64,000 nucleotides of DNA from an uncultured delta proteobacterium (GTDB lineage: Bacteria > Desulfobacterota > Syntrophobacteria > BM002), in assembly GCA_963712115.1 (NCBI GenBank), contig CAVQGX010000026.1, positions 1-64,000 of the forward strand. The letters are read 5' to 3'. Under the pieces are notes generated by a model. The model was not told the origin of the DNA and ran no database searches. It saw nothing but the letters and a program-made list of their open reading frames with translations. Both the position numbers and the translations under genes were made by a program. Of this stretch, positions 1-9,838 are shown in pieces; the stretch's first letter is position 1, and every line of letters begins with the position of its first letter.

Positions 1-2257
1 TCTGGGGTCTGCTGCATGTACGCCATCAAAGAGGCGGTGATTGCCAAAGAACACAGCAAGCAGCCTTTGGATACCGCCATATTTTTCATGGATATGCGCA
101 CCTACGGCAAGGACTTCGACCGTTACTACAATCGAGCCGAGCAGGAGACCGGGGTACGCTTCATCCGTTCACGGGTGCACAGTGTGGAGAGGGTGGCTGG
201 CACCGACGATCTCGAGATTACCTACCCAACCGAGGAGGGGACTCTCGAGACTGAAACCTTTGACATGGTTGTCCTTTCCGTGGGTATGGAAACGTCAGCT
301 CAAACTGTAGAACTGGCGGAAAAGCTGGGGATTGAACTGGATGTTGACCAGTTTGCTGCTGCCTCCTCCTTTGCGCCTGTGGCCACATCCAAACCGGGGA
401 TCTTTGTTTGTGGCGGTTTCAGCGGCCCCAAAGACATTCCCTATTCGGTGATGGAGGCCAGTGCAGCTTCGGCCTCATCTCAGGCTATCCTGGCGTCGGT
501 GCGGGGTTCGCTGATCACGGAAAAGATTTACCAGGCAGAAATTCCCACGGTGGCGGAAGAACCCAGGGTGGGAGTCTTTGTCTGCAACTGCGGAGTGAAT
601 ATAGGCGGCATCGTAGATGTTCCTGCTGTGCGCGACTACGCCAAAAGCCTGCCTTCTGTGGTCTATGTGGGCGACAATCTCTTCACCTGTTCCCAGGATA
701 CGCAGGAAATTATGAAAGAGGCTATCAAGGAGCACCAACTGAACCGGGTAGTGGTGGCTGCATGCACGCCCAGAACCCATGAACCCCTCTTCCAGGAGAC
801 TATCCGTGAGGCGGGACTCAATCGCTTTCTCTTCGAGATGGCAAATATCCGCGACCAGGACTCCTGGGTACACCAAGGCGAACCTGAAAAGGCCACGGAC
901 AAGGCCAAGGATCTAGTGCGGATGGCGGTGGCCAAGGTCTCGCTGCTCGAGCCCATCGAAGATATCAAGGTGGATCTATTCCCGGTGGCCTTGGTCATCG
1001 GCGGAGGTGTGGCTGGCATGGTGGCGGCTCTCAACCTGGCCGATCAGGGCTTCAAGAGCTACCTGTTGGAGAAGAAAGACCAATTAGGCGGGCATGCCTT
1101 GAAAATCAAGACCACCTGGAAGGGTGAGGATGTAGCGTCTTTTGTGGCGGATCTCACTGAGCGGGTGGAAGGCCATGAAAACATTGAGGTTCTCACCAAC
1201 ACGGAAGTCAAGGAGGTGAACGGCTTTGTGGGGAATTTTGTCAGTACGGTGGCCAATGGGAATGGCTCCCAAGAGATTCAGCACGGGGTGGCCATACTCG
1301 CCACCGGGGCACACTCCATTAAGCCGGATGAATATCTCTACGGCAAGAGTGATTCTGGTATATCGCTGGCACGAGCTGGAGAAAGCCATCGAGAACAACC
1401 CAAAGATGGTCGAGCAGGCGAGGGTAGCAGTTTTCATCCAGTGCGTCGGCTCCCGTGAGCCTGAAAGACCCTACTGTTCGAAGATCTGCTGCACCCACTC
1501 GGTTCAGACGGCACTGAAGCTGAAAGAGATCAATCCGGAGATGGATGTCTACATATTGTATCGGGATCTTCGTACCTACGGCCCGCGGGAGGAACTTTAC
1601 AAGGACGGCCAGGGGGAAAGGTGTGATTTTCATTCGTTACCGACTGGAGGACAAGCCAGTGGTGGAGGAGATAGCTGGCAAGGATGGCAGCAAACAACTG
1701 CAGGTTACCGTCACTGACCACATTTTGGGCTAGGCCTCTGACCATCAAGCCCGATTTCATCAACCTGGCCACGGCCATCTATCCAAAGGATCACGAGGAG
1801 TTGGCCAAGTTCTTCAAGGTGCCCCTCAACGAAGACAAGTTTTTCCTCGAGGCCCACATGAAGCTGAGGCCGGTGGACTTTGCCACTGATGGTGTTTTCG
1901 TTTGTGGCTTGGCCCACTACCCCAAGCCAATTGAGGAGTCCATCGCCCAAGCCCAGGCCGCTGCAGGCCGGGCTGCTACCGTTCTTTCCCAGAAGTTTGT
2001 GAGGGTGGAGCCCATGGTATCGGCGGTGGACCAAGAATCTGTGCATCGGCTGTGGTTTATGTGAGGCTACCTGCTCCTTCGGTGCTGTATATCTTGAAAA
2101 GGTCGAGGGCAAGGGATACCGGGCTGTGAACGTCTCGGCGTCCTGTAAAGGCTGCGGATTGTGCGCAGCGGCGTGCCCGCAGAAGGCCATCGACATGATC
2201 CACTTTCGAGATCGACAGATCATTGCGGCCATTCGCGCAGGTGGTACGGCGGGATAA
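1..2257 (+). CDS. hdrA: Large HdrA-like flavoprotein/Fe-S protein (heterodisulfide reductase subunit A family), 5' end outside window, broken by several single-base indels
   Basis: ORF pieces 16-1458, 1226-1717, 1545-1733, 1684-2064 and a final ferredoxin piece ending TAA 2255-2257 join into one protein collinear with the intact paralog at 3087 (CCMYAIKEA, VFVCNCG, GGGVAG, QCVGSR, EAHMKLRPVDF, CKGCGLCAAACP). Confidence 0.88.
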
Positions 2258-2290
2258 CTAAGTAACAGGGTTTTGAGCAGGAGAAAACAC

Positions 2291-3050
2291 ATGGAAGAGA
2301 CATACGAGCCGAAAATCCTGGCCTTTTTGTGTAACTGGTGTGCTTATGCGGGGGCTGATCTGGCGGGGGTTTCACGCTTTCAATACCCTCCCACCATTCG
2401 CGTCATCCGAACCATGTGTTCCGGCCGGGTTGACCCCCTTTATGTATTGGAGGCATTCAAGAACGGCTACGACGGGGTCTTTGTCTTCGGCTGACATCTA
2501 GGAGAATGTCATTACCTGGACGGTAATGTATACACCTCCAAGCGGATACCGGTGGTGGAGCAATTGTTGGATTTTAGCGGTATTGGCAGCAGCAGAATTC
2601 AGCTTCGCTGGGTAAGCGCTGCCGAGGGACAACTCTTCGCCAACTACGTTACCGAATTGAGTGACCTAATTGCGAAAACTCGGACCCTTCCAACCTGCTG
2701 ATTTCGCCATGGAACTGGCAGCGGCGGAAAGCGTTCTGAATTCGACGCGCATACGCTGGCTCATGGGAATGGATAGGCAGATCACCGAGCAGGAAAACGT
2801 CTACCACGAGAAAATGGAAGCGACAGCGTACCAGGCATTTCTCCGGCAAGCTGTGGCTGATGAATATGAAAAGGGGTTGATCCTTGAAGCCCTCGCAGAT
2901 GGGCCGCAGTCTGTGCGCGAAATGGCCAGCAAGACCGGATTGCCGGTCTACACCGTCTCCTTGAGGTTGAACGATTTGGAAAGAGCGGGTCAGGCACAAT
3001 TTCACAAATTCGAGGGGACAACGGCCAAGTTCGTGCGCCCGGCTGCGTGA
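2291..3050 (+). CDS. mvhD: MvhD/FlpD-type [2Fe-2S] protein with selenocysteine and a C-terminal winged-HTH extension (one indel near 2670)
   Basis: [19 protein letters not shown], then G-TGA(2492-2494)-HLGECHY continuing in frame to WVSAAEG; continuation ORF 2670-3050 ends in an HTH-like segment. Confidence 0.85.
2510..2528 (+). promoter_or_regulatory. Putative SECIS hairpin of mvhD copy 1
   Basis: CATTACC-TGGAC-GGTAATG 7-bp stem beginning 16 nt after the in-frame UGA. Confidence 0.65.
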
Positions 3051-3086
3051 TGAAGCGGTCAATGGCAAACTCTATGAGGAATAGCT

Positions 3087-6000
3087 ATGGCAAAGTCAAA
3101 AGACAGTAAGAAAGTAGGTGCCGTAATGGTGGTCGGAGGAGGAGTCGCCGGGATGCAGGCCTCTCTAGACCTGGCCAATGCAGGTTATTATGTCCATTTG
3201 GTGGACAAATCACCAACCATTGGTGGCATCATGGCACAACTGGACAAGACCTTTCCGACAAACGACTGTGCCATGTGTATTATCTCACCCAAGCTGGTTG
3301 AGGTCGGCCGGCATCTCAATATAAATATGATCACCAACACGGAAGTGGAAGGTCTCGAAGGTGAGGCCGGTAACTTCACGGCTAAGCTGATCAATCACCC
3401 TCGCTACATTGATTTGGAGAAGTGCACCGCTTGCGGTGAGTGTAGTCGGGTGTGCCCAGCAACCGCTGTCAATGAATTCAATGAACGCCTCGATCTTAGA
3501 GAAGCCACTTACATGAGGTATCCACAAGCCATGCCTCGAGGCTTTGTCATAGACCGCAACATCTGCGTCGGCTGCGGCCTTTGTCAAAAGGTCTGTTTGG
3601 CTGAAGCCATCAATTACGGCGACGAGCCCCGCCGGACCGAGATTAGAGTGGGCACCGTAATATTGGCGCCGGGTAACGGGGTCTTTGATCCGTCCAGGTT
3701 TGAGACCTACAACTACATGGACCTACCTAATGTGGTTACCAGTCTGGAATTTGAGCGCATATTGAGTGCCTCCGGGCCATACCAGGGTCACCTTATGCGA
3801 CCTTACGACCGGGAAGAGCCGCAAAAGATCGCCTGGCTGCAATGTGTGGGCTCACGGGATATCAACCACTGTGATAACTCCTACTGCTCGGCAGTCTGCT
3901 GCATGTACGCCATCAAGGAAGCGGTCATCGCCAAAGAGCACGCCCACGGTGATCTGGATACAGCCATCTTTTTTATGGACATGCGAACCTACGGCAAGGA
4001 TTTCGAACTTTACTACAACCGCGCTCAGGAAGAGGGTGTGCGCTTTATTCGTTCGCGAGTCCACAGTATTGAACCCGAGGGCGAATGCGATCTGCTGCTC
4101 TCCTATGTGGACGGTCAGGGTGAGTTTCAGAGTGAAGTCTTCGACATGGTGGTCTTGTCCGTGGGTTTCGAGGTGGGAGAGGAAGTCATTGAACTCTCTA
4201 AACGTCTCGGTATTGAACTCAACCAGCACAATTTTGCCTTAACCGCCCCATCGACTCCCGTGACCACTTCGCGACCGGGTGTCTATGTCTGTGGAACACT
4301 ACAGGGACCCAAAGATATTCCCCAATCCGTAATGGAAGCCTCGGGCGCTGCCGCAGCTTCCAGTGCCTTACTCAGTGAGGTTCGTTGGACCGAGACCAAA
4401 ATCAAGGAATTGCCAGAGCAGAGGGACGTTAGTGAAGAAGAGCCCCGGGTCGGCGTGTTTGTTTGCAACTGCGGTATCAATATTGGCGGCATTGTGGACG
4501 TACCCGCTGTTCGAGAATATGCTCGGAGCTTGCCCAATGTTGTTCATGTGGAAGACAACCTGTTCACCTGTTCTCAGGATACCCAGGTTAATATGGCCGA
4601 GGTCATAAAAGAAAAATCCATAAACCGCATGGTAGTTGCTGCTTGCACCCCCCATACTCACGAAGATCTGTTTCGAGAAACCCTGCTTGAGGTCGGCCTC
4701 AACAAGTATCTCTTTGAAATGGCCAACATCCGCAATCAGGATTCTTGGGTGCATATGAACGATCCGGAAAAGGCCACGGCAAAGGCCAAAGATCTCGTAC
4801 GCATGTCTGTGGCCCGGGCAGCTCTCCTGGAGCCGCTTGAAGAGAGAATGATAGAGATCAAACAGCGGGGGTTGGTGATCGGCGGCGGGGTGGCAGGCCT
4901 CAATGCGGCCTTGAATCTGGCCCAACAGGGCTTTGAGACTGTCCTCGTTGAGAAGGAAAAGGAGTTAGGGGGGTTGGCACGTCATCTCCACCACACCATA
5001 GACGGTTTAGATGTGCAAAAATATATGGACAACCTCATCGAGGAAGTACAGAACAATGAGAAGATCCAGGTGCTAACCGAGGCACTTGTTGTCGGATTTA
5101 GCGGGGCCAAAGGAAATTTCACCACTGAAGTATTGGTTGGCCCCGGTATGTATGAAAGGAAAATAGAGCACGGTGCGACCATAATTGCCACAGGCGCGGT
5201 GGAGCACAAGCCTAAAGAATATCTCTACTCAGAAGATGAGCGGGTCATGACCCAGCTTGACTTAGGTAAATTCCTCCATGAGAACGGCAAAAAGGCGGCC
5301 AATTGGCAGAGAGTAGTGATGATCCAGTGTGTGGGCTCACGGAATGAGGATAATCCCAACTGCAGCCGTGTCTGTTGTCAGGGAGCGGTGAAACATGCGC
5401 TGGAACTCAAAGAGTTGAACCCGGAGATGGAGATCATCATCCTCTACCGGGATATGAGGATGTATGGTCTGCTGGAAGACTACTACAAAGAGGCAAGAAG
5501 CAAGGGTATCCTGTTTTTTCGCTACAGCCCTGACCAACCACCTCAGGCGAGCACTAACGGTGACGGCCTGCAGATTACCTTTGTGGAGCAGCTGCTGAAC
5601 CGGCCTGTCCAGATGAGTGCGGATGCTGTGGTTCTGGGTTCTGCCACTATGGCGGCGGACACTGAAGAGCTGGCATCCCTTCTCAAGCTCCCGCGCAATA
5701 GGGACGGTTTCTTTATCGAAGCCCATGCCAAACTGAGACCGGTGGATTTTTCCTCAGAGGCGATCTACCTTTGCGGTACTGCCCATGCGCCGAAACTCAT
5801 GAGTGAGAGCATCGCCCAGGCACTGGCCGCCGCTTCCAAGGCGGGTTCATTTCTGGCAGCAGAGGAGCTACGGGTGGGCGGTGCCGTTGCCGTAGTAGAT
5901 CCAGAGCGTTGTGCCGCCTGTCTGGTCTGTGTCATGAGCTGTCCTTACGGGGTTCCCCGAATCAATGAAGAAAACGTCTCGGAGATCAACCCGGCCCTTT

Positions 6001-6116
6001 GTCAGGGTTGCGGGGTTTGTGTCTCCGAATGTCCGGCTAACACGATCCACTTGGGTCATTGCGAGGATGACCAGATTAGTGCCAACTTACATGCCCTTTT
6101 GGAAGGAGTGATGTAA
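3087..6116 (+). CDS. hdrA: Large HdrA-like protein (1009 aa; two FAD-binding motifs, several 4Fe-4S motifs)
   Basis: GGGVAG twice, LDKTFPTNDCAMC, CTACGECSRVCP, QCVGSR, C-terminal 2x ferredoxin; RBS GAGGA upstream. Confidence 0.93.
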   Translation: MAKSKDSKKVGAVMVVGGGVAGMQASLDLANAGYYVHLVDKSPTIGGIMAQLDKTFPTNDCAMCIISPKLVEVGRHLNINMITNTEVEGLEGEAGNFTAKLINHPRYIDLEKCTACGECSRVCPATAVNEFNERLDLREATYMRYPQAMPRGFVIDRNICVGCGLCQKVCLAEAINYGDEPRRTEIRVGTVILAPGNGVFDPSRFETYNYMDLPNVVTSLEFERILSASGPYQGHLMRPYDREEPQKIAWLQCVGSRDINHCDNSYCSAVCCMYAIKEAVIAKEHAHGDLDTAIFFMDMRTYGKDFELYYNRAQEEGVRFIRSRVHSIEPEGECDLLLSYVDGQGEFQSEVFDMVVLSVGFEVGEEVIELSKRLGIELNQHNFALTAPSTPVTTSRPGVYVCGTLQGPKDIPQSVMEASGAAAASSALLSEVRWTETKIKELPEQRDVSEEEPRVGVFVCNCGINIGGIVDVPAVREYARSLPNVVHVEDNLFTCSQDTQVNMAEVIKEKSINRMVVAACTPHTHEDLFRETLLEVGLNKYLFEMANIRNQDSWVHMNDPEKATAKAKDLVRMSVARAALLEPLEERMIEIKQRGLVIGGGVAGLNAALNLAQQGFETVLVEKEKELGGLARHLHHTIDGLDVQKYMDNLIEEVQNNEKIQVLTEALVVGFSGAKGNFTTEVLVGPGMYERKIEHGATIIATGAVEHKPKEYLYSEDERVMTQLDLGKFLHENGKKAANWQRVVMIQCVGSRNEDNPNCSRVCCQGAVKHALELKELNPEMEIIILYRDMRMYGLLEDYYKEARSKGILFFRYSPDQPPQASTNGDGLQITFVEQLLNRPVQMSADAVVLGSATMAADTEELASLLKLPRNRDGFFIEAHAKLRPVDFSSEAIYLCGTAHAPKLMSESIAQALAAASKAGSFLAAEELRVGGAVAVVDPERCAACLVCVMSCPYGVPRINEENVSEINPALCQGCGVCVSECPANTIHLGHCEDDQISANLHALLEGVM

Positions 6117-6571
6117 TGGACCAGTTTGAACCGGTAATCGTCGCCTTTTGCTGCAACTACTGAGCCTACTCTGCGGCGGACCTGGCAGGTTCGATGCGGC
6201 TCAGGTATCCCACCAACATCAAGATTATCAAAGTCCCCTGTAGCGGCAGGGTGGCCATCATCCATCTGCTGAAGGCCCTGGAGGAGGGCGCTGATGGCGT
6301 CATTGTCGCCGGCTGTCTGGAGGGGGACTGCCATTATCAGTCGGGCAACCTGCGGGCAAAAAAGCGAGTGATCTATGTTCAGGAGGTCTTGGAAAAGATT
6401 GGTATGGAACCGGACAGGGTGGCCATGTACAACCTATCCGCTGGGGAGGGTCCAAGGTTTGCCGAAATCGCCCGGGAGATGACCGAAAAGGTTAAAGAAC
6501 TGGGGCCCAGCCCTATCAAAAACGCGAAAAAGTTGGCTTCTAAGAAATCGAAAGTGGAGGTGGCCGCATGA
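6116..6571 (+). CDS. mvhD: MvhD [2Fe-2S] subunit with selenocysteine at codon 16
   Basis: ATG 6116 overlaps hdrA stop (TAATG); MDQFEPVIVAFCCNY-TGA(6161-6163)-AYSAADLAG continues in frame into ORF 6194-6571 (VPCSGRV, GCLEGDCHY). Confidence 0.92.
6177..6193 (+). promoter_or_regulatory. Putative SECIS hairpin of mvhD copy 2
   Basis: CGGACC-TGGCA-GGTTCG stem-loop 14 nt after the UGA; TGAGCC 6161-6166 can also pair with GGCTCA 6198-6203. Confidence 0.6.
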
Positions 6572-7236
6572 TTATGGCAAGACCCAAACCCATAGAAGAA
6601 ATAATTGACGAGATTAAAGACTTCAAAAAAGTTTTGATAGCAGGCTGTGACGGCTGTGTCACTGTCTGTGAAGCCGGGGGTGTCAAGGAGGTGCAGGTAT
6701 TGGCTTCTGCCTTGCGACTCTACTTCACCAAAGAGACCAAGCGCATTGAGATCGACGAAACCAGTCTGACCCGTCAGTGCGATAAAGACTACCTGCGGGA
6801 GCTCCTGGACAGGATTAATGATTACGATGCGGTGGTTTCCCTGGCCTGTGGCGCCGGAGTGCAGTTCATGGCAGAGATGTATCGAAATAAGCCCATATTT
6901 CCAGGGGTGGATACCTGCTTTATTGGGGTTACTGAAGAGCGGGGCGTTTGGGCGGAGCGCTGCCAGGCCTGCGGCCAGTGTATCTTGGCCAGCACCGGAG
7001 GGATTTGTCCGATTTCCCGATGCTCGAAGCGTATGTTGAACGGACCCTGCGGGGGTTCCGAAAAGGGCAAATGCGAGGTAAGTCCCGACACGGATTGCGG
7101 CTGGCAGCTCATCTATGAGCGGCTAAAAGAACTCGGACAACTGGACTTCTTCGCCAAGCCCACTGATCCTAAAGATTGGATCAGCAGCAGGGATGGTGGA
7201 CCTCGCAAGATCGTCAGGGAGGATGTGCGGTCATGA
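6568..7236 (+). CDS. metV: Methylene-THF reductase small subunit MetV (MTHFR C-terminal domain protein)
   Basis: GCDGCVTVC, RQCD, ERCQACGQC, GICPISRCSKRMLNGPCGG; directly upstream of metF. Confidence 0.9.
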   Translation: MIMARPKPIEEIIDEIKDFKKVLIAGCDGCVTVCEAGGVKEVQVLASALRLYFTKETKRIEIDETSLTRQCDKDYLRELLDRINDYDAVVSLACGAGVQFMAEMYRNKPIFPGVDTCFIGVTEERGVWAERCQACGQCILASTGGICPISRCSKRMLNGPCGGSEKGKCEVSPDTDCGWQLIYERLKELGQLDFFAKPTDPKDWISSRDGGPRKIVREDVRS

Positions 7237-8171
7237 ACACGACAACACCGAGCAAATTGCAAAAAATCTTGGCTGAAGGACACTTTGCCGTCACCTCAGA
7301 ATGTGGTCCGCCCCGTGGAGCCAACGGTGAGGTGGTGGCGGAGAAGGCAAATCTTATCAAGGACCACGTGGATGCGATAAACGTCACCGACAACCAGACT
7401 TCGGTGGTGCGCTTGTGTAGTCTGGCCTCTTGCATCCGCATCAAGCAAATGGGGTTGGAGCCAGTTTTGCAGATGGTTACTCGGGACCGAAACCGTATCG
7501 GTATCCAGAGTGATATTCTCGGAGCCGCCTCTTTCGGTATTAACAATATTCTCTGTCTCACTGGGGACCATCAACACTTTGGCGATCACCCCCAGGCTAT
7601 TAATGTCTTTGACCTGGACTCCACCCAACTCATTCAGACGGTGAAGCTGATGCGGGATGAGGGTAAATTACTCGGCGGCTTTGAAATGAAAGAGCGCCCG
7701 AAAATGTTCATCGGTGCCGCTGCCAACCCTTTTGCCGACCCTTTTGAAATTAGGGTAGCCCGTCTGGCCAAAAAGGTGGCGGCCGGCTGCCAGTTCATTC
7801 AGACCCAGTGCATCTACAACATGGACAAATTTAAGCTCTGGATGAAGCAGGTTCGCGACCAGGGATTGCACGAGAAGGTGGCCATCCTTGCAGGGTTGAC
7901 GCCGATGAAGAATGTGGGTATGGCCAAATATATGAAGAACCGGGTACCAGGGATTGACGTTCCGGACGAGATTGTTGCGCGTTTGGCCGGGGTGCCCAAA
8001 GAAAAACAAGCGGACGAGGGAATCAAAATCTGCGTTGAGCAGATCGAGGAATTGAAAGAAGAGGAAGGAATCAGGGGTTTTCACATCATGGCCATCGAGT
8101 GGGAGGAGAAGGTCCCGGGGATTGTTGAAATGGCGGGCCTTTACCCGAGACCTAAGGTAAACGAAAACTAG
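7233..8171 (+). CDS. metF: Methylenetetrahydrofolate reductase
   Basis: VTSECGPP, INVTDNQ, RDRNRIGIQSD, LCLTGDH, FIQTQ; ATG 7233 overlaps metV stop (ATGA). Confidence 0.93.
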   Translation: MNTTTPSKLQKILAEGHFAVTSECGPPRGANGEVVAEKANLIKDHVDAINVTDNQTSVVRLCSLASCIRIKQMGLEPVLQMVTRDRNRIGIQSDILGAASFGINNILCLTGDHQHFGDHPQAINVFDLDSTQLIQTVKLMRDEGKLLGGFEMKERPKMFIGAAANPFADPFEIRVARLAKKVAAGCQFIQTQCIYNMDKFKLWMKQVRDQGLHEKVAILAGLTPMKNVGMAKYMKNRVPGIDVPDEIVARLAGVPKEKQADEGIKICVEQIEELKEEEGIRGFHIMAIEWEEKVPGIVEMAGLYPRPKVNEN

Positions 8172-8223
8172 ATAACTCTAAAAAAAGGCAAAAAACGTTT
8201 TATTTTAATTAGGAGGTTTTCTC

Positions 8224-8607
8224 ATGCCAAAAAAATATGTTTTGATCGTTGACGACGATCCGGATTTGGTAGAAACTGTCTGCATGATGCTGGAGGACAA
8301 GGGGTACGAGGTGGGGAAAGCCTATGATGGCGTTGAGGGCAAAGAGGCCATCAAGCAACGCCGTCCCGACCTACTGGTCCTCGACGTAATGATGCCACGA
8401 AAAGACGGATACAAACTCTGTGCTGAACTCAAGGCCGACAAAGCGACTAGGGACATCCCGATTATCCTGCTCACTGCAGTGGGTGAAGCCGTCCCCACAA
8501 CCAGTTATACCCATGCCCAGGGGATGTCAACCGAGGCGGAAGAATACATTCCCAAGCCGGTGGACAGCAAGACCTTGGTAGAGGCAGTAGATAGCTTCTT
8601 TGGCTAG
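8224..8607 (+). CDS. Single-domain response regulator
   Basis: LIVDDD, LDVMMP, LLTA, IPKP receiver motifs; RBS AGGAGG. Confidence 0.9.
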   Translation: MPKKYVLIVDDDPDLVETVCMMLEDKGYEVGKAYDGVEGKEAIKQRRPDLLVLDVMMPRKDGYKLCAELKADKATRDIPIILLTAVGEAVPTTSYTHAQGMSTEAEEYIPKPVDSKTLVEAVDSFFG

Positions 8608-8653
8608 TGCCAGCTTTAGATGCGGGGGGTCGCCTGTCGCCGGGTAACTGGCA

Positions 8654-9667
8654 ATGACTAAAATCAAGCTTAGAGGCCTCAAGCTCCTGGAAGGAGGAGC
8701 GCAGGTGGTCTCTTCAAGCCCTGGTGACCACAACCTCCTGGCGACAGGTGTGTGCTCCCCTTTGGCACTAAACAAGATCAATCTCACTTTCCTTACCCAT
8801 GCCGTCCTTGATCAGAGTGCGAGGTCCATCACAGCCTTCTGCACGGAAGGTTCCGCTGGCCTCGCCTCTGCTTCACTTGTGGAAGCCCACCAAGGCAGGA
8901 CCTCAACAGTGGATTTTCATGGAGAAGTGAGCACCCTCTCCGTCTTTCCCCATGATCAAAGACCACGAGTGACAGGTTTGCTGCTGGATGCTCTAGCGAA
9001 GAAAGAGATAACTCTGCAGGGCCTGGCCAGCTCCCCTTCGGCAGTGTCGTCCATTGTTTCTACCGTCGAGACAGAGGCTGCCATCGACACCTTGTTTGAA
9101 GCCTTTGAGTTCCCGGCCTATCGCTCCCCCTCAGATTGGTATGGTGCCTACGAGGGGAAGGAACATCTCCTGCAAAAAATCATTGCTTCATACCAAGAAA
9201 AAGTCGTCAGGATCTACGATATCGTTCAGCAATCGGAGCTAGATCTATGGAGCCTAGTTGTGGACCAGATAGGTCTGGCTAAACTGGGTGAGGCCTTGAT
9301 GGCTCTCGGGCAGTGGGAGATTAGGATGCCCTTTGTAATAGCGCTGTTATCCCCGGAGAACAGGCTTGTCTTCAACTTCTGCTTTCCCGGGGAGCAGGAC
9401 CCCCGGATAAGGGAAACTTTCTCCTCTCATCTAGGCAGCACCGAGCTCACCCGTCATTCCCAGGTAGCGGCACTGTATATTCACGGACCACATTTCGGCG
9501 ACCGCTATGGCATCGCCCTTACCCTGGTAAAAGCATTGGAAAGCAGTGGGGTATCACTCCTGGCCATGGGTTGCACTGTATCGTCTGTTTCTGTGATCAT
9601 CAGAGAAGAAGACCTTACTGCCGCCGTGCAGGCGCTCGAGGCCACCTTTAAGAGATCCAGTGCATAG
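8654..9667 (+). CDS. ACT-domain-containing protein (aspartokinase-regulatory-like repeats)
   Basis: 337 aa ORF with repeated ACT-like units (LSVFPHD...LASSPSAVS; LYIHGPHFGDRYG...CTVSSVSVII). Confidence 0.6.
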   Translation: MTKIKLRGLKLLEGGAQVVSSSPGDHNLLATGVCSPLALNKINLTFLTHAVLDQSARSITAFCTEGSAGLASASLVEAHQGRTSTVDFHGEVSTLSVFPHDQRPRVTGLLLDALAKKEITLQGLASSPSAVSSIVSTVETEAAIDTLFEAFEFPAYRSPSDWYGAYEGKEHLLQKIIASYQEKVVRIYDIVQQSELDLWSLVVDQIGLAKLGEALMALGQWEIRMPFVIALLSPENRLVFNFCFPGEQDPRIRETFSSHLGSTELTRHSQVAALYIHGPHFGDRYGIALTLVKALESSGVSLLAMGCTVSSVSVIIREEDLTAAVQALEATFKRSSA

Positions 9668-9672
9668 CGTCT

Positions 9673-9770
9673 GGTAAGCGGTAAGCCGTAAGTGGTTTTT
9701 ACTGAGCCATGTAGGGTGTCCATTCACCGCTGGTTCCGTAACGCTTACCGCTCACTGTTTACTGCTTACT
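9673..9770. repeat. Heptamer-built intergenic palindrome (GTAAGYG / YGCTTAC)
   Basis: gtaagcg gtaagcc gtaagtg ... cgcttac cgctcac tgtttac tgcttac. Confidence 0.75.
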
Positions 9771-9780
9771 CCAAGAAATG

Positions 9781-9810
9781 AAAAGCCCCTAGCCAATAAT
9801 GACTAGGGGC
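9781..9810 (-). terminator. Intrinsic terminator
   Basis: GCCCCTAG/CTAGGGGC stem followed by a U-rich tract on the minus strand, downstream of the CCG-domain gene. Confidence 0.7.
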
Positions 9811-9838
9811 GTAGAAGGGATCGGAACTTACTGCGAGC

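Noticed and set aside
1340-2045. Frameshifts and TAG at 1731-1733 in hdrA copy 1 as programmed recoding or pyrrolysine
   Set aside because: Homology resumes in a different frame each time; single-base indels without slippery sites, clustered near the window end, fit sequencing error.
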